42,137 bases of DNA from Dehalococcoidia bacterium (GTDB lineage: Bacteria; Chloroflexota; Dehalococcoidia; DSTF01; JACRBR01), in NCBI GenBank assembly GCA_041494685.1, contig JBGQBE010000026.1:1-42137 (forward strand). The letters run 5' to 3'. Below are positions 36,163 through 42,137 of this stretch, one piece after another; within the stretch, counting starts at the first letter, position 1; each line of letters opens with the position of its first letter. The translations under genes and the position numbers were made by a program. Below the pieces are notes generated by a model. It was not told the origin of the DNA, did not search any database, and saw only the letters and a program-made list of their open reading frames with translations.

Positions 36163-37062
36163 CTATCCCGCCACCGGCGCGGTGAGTTTGTCCATCAGCT
36201 TCTTCGTCGACACGACGTGGTGGTTCAGCCGCAGCTCCTTCGCGTCGATGCCGAGCGCGAGGCCGATCATTTGCGGCAGGTGCAGGATCGGCAGCTCGAT
36301 CTCGTGCTTCGTCACCTGCTTCGCCGCCGGCTGCTGGGCGTCGAGGTTCAGGTGGCACAGCGGGCAGGGCGACACCAGCGCATCGGCGCCGAGATCCTGC
36401 GCCTCGTGGATGTGGTTGCCCGTCTGCTTCAGCGAGTTCTCGCGGTTGATCGTCAGGATGGGGAAGCCGCAGCACTTCTTCGCGCCCTCGTAGTCTACGA
36501 CGGTCGCGCCCACGGCCTCGATCACCATCTCCAGGTACTTGTCGCGCTCGGGGAACTCCTCCTTGCCCAGGATCTGGCTCGGGCGGAGGATGTAGCAGCC
36601 GTAGAACGGCCCCACGCGCACGCCGCTTAGCGGTCGCTTGACCATCTTCTTCAGCCGGTCCAGGCCGAAGTCCTCGACCAGCACCCAGAGGAAGTTCTTG
36701 ATCGCCAGCCCCGGCGTGTACTTCAGCCCCTCGTCCGCCAGGATCGCGTTGACCTTTTCCAGGTAGTCCGGCCGCTTCGTCAGTTTGTCCTGCACCATGC
36801 TCTCGATGCCCTGGCACGTCGAGCAGATGTTCATCAGCGGCAGCCCGAGTTGCTGCGCCAGCGCGAACGTCCGCGCGTTCAGCGCGTCCGCCATCTCCGG
36901 GTTCTGTTCCTGGATCACGCCCGCGCCCGTGCAGGTCGCGGTGTCCAGCTCCACCAGCTCGATCCCCATCTCCTTCGCGACGCGGTTCATCGAGACGTAC
37001 AACTCGGGTGCGGCGCCCTTCGAGACGCAGCCGGGCCAGAACGCATACTTCAACTCAGCCAT
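36163..37062 (-). CDS. CCG-domain subunit (HdrB/SdhE-like) of type-E succinate dehydrogenase
   Basis: WPGC, CTGAG, CSTC, FYGC, CCG and CPLC motifs. TAATG overlap with sdhB. Confidence 0.9.
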   Translation of the reverse strand: MAELKYAFWPGCVSKGAAPELYVSMNRVAKEMGIELVELDTATCTGAGVIQEQNPEMADALNARTFALAQQLGLPLMNICSTCQGIESMVQDKLTKRPDYLEKVNAILADEGLKYTPGLAIKNFLWVLVEDFGLDRLKKMVKRPLSGVRVGPFYGCYILRPSQILGKEEFPERDKYLEMVIEAVGATVVDYEGAKKCCGFPILTINRENSLKQTGNHIHEAQDLGADALVSPCPLCHLNLDAQQPAAKQVTKHEIELPILHLPQMIGLALGIDAKELRLNHHVVSTKKLMDKLTAPVAG

Positions 37063-38060
37063 TAGTCCTCCACCACCGGCTTGGGCGCCTTCAGCGACGC
37101 TGACTTTCGGATCACGTTGCGCACGCGGTCCATCCCCTTCATCTTGGTCGATCCGGGCGCGCCAGGCGGGATCATCTGGTCCAACGGCAGCTTGCCCACG
37201 CGCAGCATCCTCAGCGCGCCCGGCACTTCCGCCATCATCCGCGTTACGTTGAACATGCCGACCGACCCCGGCACCATCCACACCTCGTTCAGCCGCCCGC
37301 CGTCCGTGATGGACTTCGTGAAGATGTTGGTGTGGCGGACGCCGGCGTTGCCGCCGATGCCCTCCTCGATCGCCATCTCACGCAGTTGCAGGATGCGGTT
37401 CATCGGCGCGACGCCCTTCGGGCACACCTCGACGCACATGTTGCAGCGCGTGCAGTCCCAGATGCCGCTGTACTCGCTGAGCTTCTGCAGCCGGTCGTGC
37501 GCGTGCCCGTCCCGCGGGTCCGCTACGACGCGGTACGCCTTCGCCAGCGCCGCCGGCGCAATGAAATTCTTATCGACTTCCAGCACCGTGCAGTCGCTCA
37601 CGCAGGCGCCGCACATGATGCAGTTCATCGCGTGCGTCAGGTCGAGCATCGTCTCGTTCGGCACCCGGTACTCGGCCTCCGGCTCTACGCCCTCGGGCTT
37701 CAGGTACGGGTCGACGCTGCGCATCTTCTGCCAGAACGACTCCATGTCGTTGATCAGGTCCTTGATCACCGGCATGTTGCCCATCGGCTCCACCGTCAGC
37801 TCGTGGTTCTCGTCGCCGCCGGTGATCGCGATCACCTTCGCGCGACACGCCAGCCGCGCCCGGCCGTCCACCCGCATCGAGCACGAGCCACAGATCGCGC
37901 TCCGGCACGAACAGCGCAGCGCCAGCGTGCCGTCCTCGTACTCGCGCACCTGGATCAGCGCGTCGAGCAGCGTCACGCTCTCCGCCGCATCGATCGTGTA
38001 ACTGCTGTAGCCGCTGGGGCCATCCGGGCCGGCACGCTTGACCTTGAGTTTGACCTTCAT
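37062..38060 (-). CDS. sdhB: Succinate dehydrogenase/fumarate reductase Fe-S subunit
   Basis: CRSAICGSC...LAC, CIMCGACVSDC, CTRCNMCVEVCP. Confidence 0.93.
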   Translation of the reverse strand: MKVKLKVKRAGPDGPSGYSSYTIDAAESVTLLDALIQVREYEDGTLALRCSCRSAICGSCSMRVDGRARLACRAKVIAITGGDENHELTVEPMGNMPVIKDLINDMESFWQKMRSVDPYLKPEGVEPEAEYRVPNETMLDLTHAMNCIMCGACVSDCTVLEVDKNFIAPAALAKAYRVVADPRDGHAHDRLQKLSEYSGIWDCTRCNMCVEVCPKGVAPMNRILQLREMAIEEGIGGNAGVRHTNIFTKSITDGGRLNEVWMVPGSVGMFNVTRMMAEVPGALRMLRVGKLPLDQMIPPGAPGSTKMKGMDRVRNVIRKSASLKAPKPVVED

Positions 38061-38168
38061 GTCCGCTCCGTTTCCACCGGCTGTCCCGTCTCCAAGTCAC
38101 CGAGAGGGGCCAAGGGCTCCGTTCACCTGTCGTCCGCTGTCGCCGCTTACGCGCTCACCAGTACCAGA

Positions 38169-39869
38169 TCAGTACTTCCGTTCCTGCGGCTGCCACTGCG
38201 TGATCGTCACCGGCGTATAGGTCATCTTCTCGCTGCCGTCCGGCTGGCGCGTCAGGACGATGTGCTTCAGCCAGTTCTCGTCGTCGCGGTTCGGATAGTC
38301 CAGGCGCGTGTGGGCGCCGCGGCTCTCCTTCCGCTCGATGGCCGAGCGCACGATAGTGTCGGCGCAGTCGAGCATGTAGCCCAGCTCGATGTGGAAGAGC
38401 AGGTCGGTGTTGAACACCTTGCCCTTGTCCTCCACGCCGACCGCGTCATAACGCGCACGCAACTCCTTCAGGATGCCGACCTGCTTCTCCAGCCGCTCCG
38501 GGGAGCGGAAGAGGCCCACGTTGGCGCTCATCGAGACGCCCATATCGCGGCGGATCTTGGCGACGCGGTCGCCGTTCTTCGGGCGGTCCAGCACGTCCTG
38601 GATCATCTTGCGGTCGGCGTCGACGGCGCTCTCGGGCACCGGCCGCACCTTCTGGCTGCGCAGCCACGGCACGGCGTGGTCCGCCGCGCGCCGGCCGAAC
38701 ACCAGCGTGTCCAGCAGCGAGTTCGCGCCCACGCGGTTCGCGCCGTGGACGCTGACGCATGCGGCCTCGCCGGCCGAGTACAGCCCCGGCATCGCCGTCG
38801 CGCCGTCCACGTCGGTCTTCACGCCACCCATGCTGTAGTGCACGCCCGGCAGGATCGGCAGCAGCTCCTTCGTCAGGTCGACGTTGACGAGGTCGCGCGC
38901 GATCTCCCAGATCTCCTCCAGCCGCTCCTTGATCAGCTTCTCGCCCAGGTGGCGCAGGTCCAGGAACACGCAGCCGTCGACGCCGCGCCCTTCGTCGATC
39001 TCCGTCTGCTCGGCGCGCGACACGACGTCGCGCGATGCCAGCTCCATCATCTTGGGCGCGTACTTCGTCATGAAGCGCTCGCCGTCCTTGTTCAGCAGGT
39101 AGGCGCCTTCGCCGCGGGCGGCCTCCGTGATCAGCACACCCGTGCCGTGCAGGGTCGTCGGGTGGATCTGGATCATCTCCATGTCCATCAGCGGCGCCCC
39201 GGCGCGGTACGCCTGGGCGATGCCGTCGCCGGTGCAGATCAGCGCGTTCGTGGACGGCTCGTACACGCGGCCGAGTCCGCCCGTGCAGATGATCGTCGCC
39301 TTCGCGGTGATCGCGTGCAGTTCGCCGGTGCGGATGTTCATCGCAACCGCGCCGCGGCACTGGCCGTCGTCGACGATCAGGCTGGTGACGAACCACTCCT
39401 CGTAGTTGCGCATCGCCTTGTAGATGCTCGGCTTCATCAGCTGCTCGTACAGCACGTGCAGGATCGCCTGGCCGGTGATCGCGCCGACGAAGAACGTGCG
39501 CGCCTTGGCCATGCCGCCGAACGCGCGCACGGCCATCGTGCCGTCAGGGTTGCGGCTGTAGACCACTCCCCAGTGCTCGGTTTGGAGCACTTCGCGGCCG
39601 CCCTCCTGCGCCAGCACGGTGATCGCGTCCTGGTCGCCGAGGTAGTCGGACGCCTTGGTGGTCTCGAACGCGTGCTCCTCCCACGGGCCGCCGCTTTCGC
39701 CGACGCCGGGGCCGTTGATGCCGCCCTGCGCGGCGTTGGAGTGCGAGCGGACCGGGTGCACCTTCGAGATCATCGCGACGTCCGCGCCCATCTGCTGGGC
39801 CTGGATCGCCGCGCGCATGCCGGCGAGGCCGGCTCCGATGACGAGGACGTCGTGTTCGTAGACAGCCAT
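38169..39869 (-). CDS. sdhA: Succinate dehydrogenase/fumarate reductase flavoprotein
   Basis: IGAGLAG, RSHSNAAQGG (covalent FAD His), QIHPT, TEAARGEG, HYSMGG, HGANR, RKESRGAH. Confidence 0.96.
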   Translation of the reverse strand: MAVYEHDVLVIGAGLAGMRAAIQAQQMGADVAMISKVHPVRSHSNAAQGGINGPGVGESGGPWEEHAFETTKASDYLGDQDAITVLAQEGGREVLQTEHWGVVYSRNPDGTMAVRAFGGMAKARTFFVGAITGQAILHVLYEQLMKPSIYKAMRNYEEWFVTSLIVDDGQCRGAVAMNIRTGELHAITAKATIICTGGLGRVYEPSTNALICTGDGIAQAYRAGAPLMDMEMIQIHPTTLHGTGVLITEAARGEGAYLLNKDGERFMTKYAPKMMELASRDVVSRAEQTEIDEGRGVDGCVFLDLRHLGEKLIKERLEEIWEIARDLVNVDLTKELLPILPGVHYSMGGVKTDVDGATAMPGLYSAGEAACVSVHGANRVGANSLLDTLVFGRRAADHAVPWLRSQKVRPVPESAVDADRKMIQDVLDRPKNGDRVAKIRRDMGVSMSANVGLFRSPERLEKQVGILKELRARYDAVGVEDKGKVFNTDLLFHIELGYMLDCADTIVRSAIERKESRGAHTRLDYPNRDDENWLKHIVLTRQPDGSEKMTYTPVTITQWQPQERKY

Positions 39870-40234
39870 AGGTCGTCTACACCTTCCTTCTGCTGATGCC
39901 TGCCGGATTGCTGATGGGGTCGTGGACGGGGGGCGTTGGGGTGGGGGTAACGGCGTGGCTTGAGTCTCGGCCGAAGCGGTGGGCGAGGCTCAGACGGCGG
40001 TGATCGTGGGGGTTCCGTAACGAGATACTCATCCCCCCTCCAGAGGCGTGCGCAGCCTATCACGGGCCTTATCTACGCTCAACTCGCGCTTCGCGTGCCC
40101 CGTCCTTCTCATCACGAGCAAGGATGCCACGGCGGAACGCCGGATCACAGGTGCCGTATGTCACATCGCGGGCCGCGCCGCCAGCGCTGGACGATACAGG
40201 CGGCGCCGTCCGCGACTGGCCCGCTGGCCGCCGG

Positions 40235-41047
40235 TCAGCGCATCGGCGTGTGCGTCCGGAACGGCGCCGGCTGCTTCGCCCAGGGCCGCCCGCTCGTCAG
40301 CCCGCCGTCCACGGCGATCGCCTGGCCCGTAACGAACGTCGAATCGTCGCTGGCCAGCCACAACGCCGCCCGCGCGATGTCGTCCGGCATGCCGCTGCGC
40401 GGGATCGGCTGGAACTTGGCAAACGCCGCCTTCACCGCGTCTTCGGCCTGTGGCGTGTCCGGGATGCCCTGCAGCACGAGCGGCGTCAGCGTCGCGCCGG
40501 GGCAGATGCAGTTCACGCGCACGCCGTCCGGGCCCAGTTCCAGCGCCACCGACTTCGTCAGGTGGACAATGGCCGCCTTCGCCGTCCCGTAGATATGGGG
40601 GCCCTCGCCCGCCATCAATCCGGCCACGCTGGCCGTGCTGACGATGCTCCCCGCCCCCTGCGACTTCATGGCCGGCGCGGCGAACTTCATCCCCAGGAAC
40701 ACGCTGCGCAGCAGCACCGCCATCGTACGGTCGTACTCGTCGACGGGGATGTCCTCGACCGGCCCGACCGTGCCGATGAAGCCCGCGTTGTTGTACATGC
40801 AGTCGATGCGGCCGTACTCGCTCACGGCGCGCGCCACCGCGGCCCGCACGTCGTCCTCACGCGCCACGTCCGTGTGCTGGTAGAGCGCCGCGCCGCGCAG
40901 CTCAGCCGCCAACGCTTCGCCGCGCTCGTCCTGGATGTCGGCGATCACGACGCGCGCGCCTTCGGCCGCGAACAGCCGCGCAGTGCTCTCGCCGATGCCG
41001 CTGGCCGCGCCGGTGATCACCGCTATCTTGCCGTCGAGCTTGCCCAC
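40235..41047 (-). CDS. SDR oxidoreductase
   Basis: AGGAGG RBS with GTG start. TGAASGIG, NNAG, YGTAK, VNCICPG, VTGQ...VDGG. Confidence 0.9.
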   Translation of the reverse strand: MGKLDGKIAVITGAASGIGESTARLFAAEGARVVIADIQDERGEALAAELRGAALYQHTDVAREDDVRAAVARAVSEYGRIDCMYNNAGFIGTVGPVEDIPVDEYDRTMAVLLRSVFLGMKFAAPAMKSQGAGSIVSTASVAGLMAGEGPHIYGTAKAAIVHLTKSVALELGPDGVRVNCICPGATLTPLVLQGIPDTPQAEDAVKAAFAKFQPIPRSGMPDDIARAALWLASDDSTFVTGQAIAVDGGLTSGRPWAKQPAPFRTHTPMR

Positions 41048-41229
41048 TGTCGCCTCCTGTCGCCGCCGCATCGCGGCATGGTAGCCCCCCGCGCGGGCGG
41101 CGGGCGAGGGGAGCGGATTGGACCGGTCAGGTCGGTTGAACCTGAGACTCGACATAATCGCGGAAGGCAGCGTCGGAACTGCTCCGGCTGGGGGGTGCGA
41201 TCAGAGCGCTCGTGGCCGAACATTTATAC

Positions 41230-42024
41230 ATGAAGCGCTTCGGATTCGCGGTGCTCGGCGGTGTAGCGGTCGCGGCGTCCTGTCTCGCGGTCGCCATCAG
41301 CGACGGCGCCGACCCGGGAATGAACCTCACGACCGCCGCCAGGATCGCCTTCCCGGGGCTGGTCGCCGCGCTCGTCCTCACGGCCTACATGGCGTGGGAG
41401 CGCCGCGGCAGCGGCGAAACGCGCGGCGTCGTCAGCCAGCTCAGCGCGCAGCTCGTCCGTAAGGAGATCGAAATCGACCGCATGTCGTCGGTCGATGAGC
41501 TGACCGGCCTCAGCACGCGCCACAACTTCAACGAGAGCGTCCGCACCGAGTACAAGAGGGCGGAGCGGTACAAACGCCCGTTCGTGGTGATCCTCGTCGA
41601 AGTGGACGACCTCACCGAACTCGGCGAGCAGGTCGGCAAGCTCAGCAAGGGTTACGTGCTCAGCGAGGTCGGCGCCATCTTGCGCACGATGCTCCGCGCC
41701 AGTGACCTCGGTTGTCGCTACGCGCCCGATACGCTCGCCCTGCTGCTGCCCGAGACGGAGGTCTCGGAGGCACGCGTTGTGGCCGACCGGATCCGCGGGC
41801 TGGTCGCCGCCCACGACTTCCTGGGCCATCGCACCAGCGAAGCCGTGAAGCTGACCGTTTCGCAGGGCATCGCCGTCGCCCCCGACGCCGCGTTCACCTC
41901 GCACATGGATCTCCTGCGCGCAGCCGAGGCCGCCCTCGCAACTGCCCGCACACTGGGCTACGACCGCGTCGCGGCGTACGAGGCGGCCGACATGCCGTTG
42001 GGCGAGCAGAAGCTGGCCGGCTAG
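41230..42024 (+). CDS. Membrane-anchored GGDEF-domain protein with degenerate active site
   Basis: Two N-terminal hydrophobic helices. DELTGL, LTVSQGIA, L..A...G.DRV. GGDEF position reads APDTL. RxxD (RASD) is intact. Confidence 0.85.
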   Translation: MKRFGFAVLGGVAVAASCLAVAISDGADPGMNLTTAARIAFPGLVAALVLTAYMAWERRGSGETRGVVSQLSAQLVRKEIEIDRMSSVDELTGLSTRHNFNESVRTEYKRAERYKRPFVVILVEVDDLTELGEQVGKLSKGYVLSEVGAILRTMLRASDLGCRYAPDTLALLLPETEVSEARVVADRIRGLVAAHDFLGHRTSEAVKLTVSQGIAVAPDAAFTSHMDLLRAAEAALATARTLGYDRVAAYEAADMPLGEQKLAG

Positions 42025-42025
42025 G

Positions 42026-42137
42026 TGTAGTTCCCACCAAGGTTGTTGACACAAAGAGAGTGCTCGAGTCGGCTGTGGGTGTTGAAAGCCTGCAGTCGAA
42101 AGGAGCACTCTCTTGGCACATGGTAACGCGCGGCTGA
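42026..42137 (+). mobile_element. IS481-family insertion sequence, left end (truncated by the window)
   Basis: Terminus TGTAGTTCCCACCAAGGTTGTTGACAC, preceded by GCTAGG (NCTAGN target). AAAGGAG RBS then TTG 42113 opening MAHGNARL, the typical IS481 transposase N-terminus. Confidence 0.8.
42113..42137 (+). CDS. IS481-family transposase N-terminus (partial)
   Basis: TTG GCA CAT GGT AAC GCG CGG CTG = MAHGNARL. Only 8 codons are visible. Confidence 0.65.

Noticed and set aside
37332..39896. 854-aa plus-strand ORF and similar long Arg/Ala-rich ORFs elsewhere
   Set aside because: Antisense or off-frame shadows of well-supported genes (here sdhAB), with no motifs of their own.
42054..42114. GAGTGCT/AGCACTC resembling a CIRCE operator or an ncRNA hairpin
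   Set aside because: Arm order and spacing are wrong for CIRCE, and the IS481 leader explains it.

Overview
High-GC bacterial window; the gene content suggests Chloroflexota/Dehalococcoidia, but that is inference only. The left third (1-13.8 kb) is accessory DNA. It holds a tandem array of four Rhs core/C-terminal-tip modules, each followed by a candidate immunity gene (three lipoproteins, one cytoplasmic). Next come a frameshifted tyrosine recombinase, an unknown gene, a winged-helix-like regulator followed by a tandem palindromic operator, and a large serine recombinase whose 3' end is encoded antisense inside tRNA-Asp(GTC), the probable integration site. The rest is mostly housekeeping: family-5 ABC substrate-binding protein, Lrp/AsnC regulator, cupin, class-A beta-lactamase-like hydrolase, a Wzm/Wzt glycan export and modification operon, XerC/D, duplicated MaoC and SDR genes, K+-independent H+-pyrophosphatase, acyl-CoA synthetase, an RpoD-like sigma factor, degenerate HD-GYP and GGDEF proteins, and a type-E succinate dehydrogenase (SdhA/B plus a CCG subunit). 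An IS481-family element begins at the right edge. All calls come from reading motifs by eye; no database search was run.
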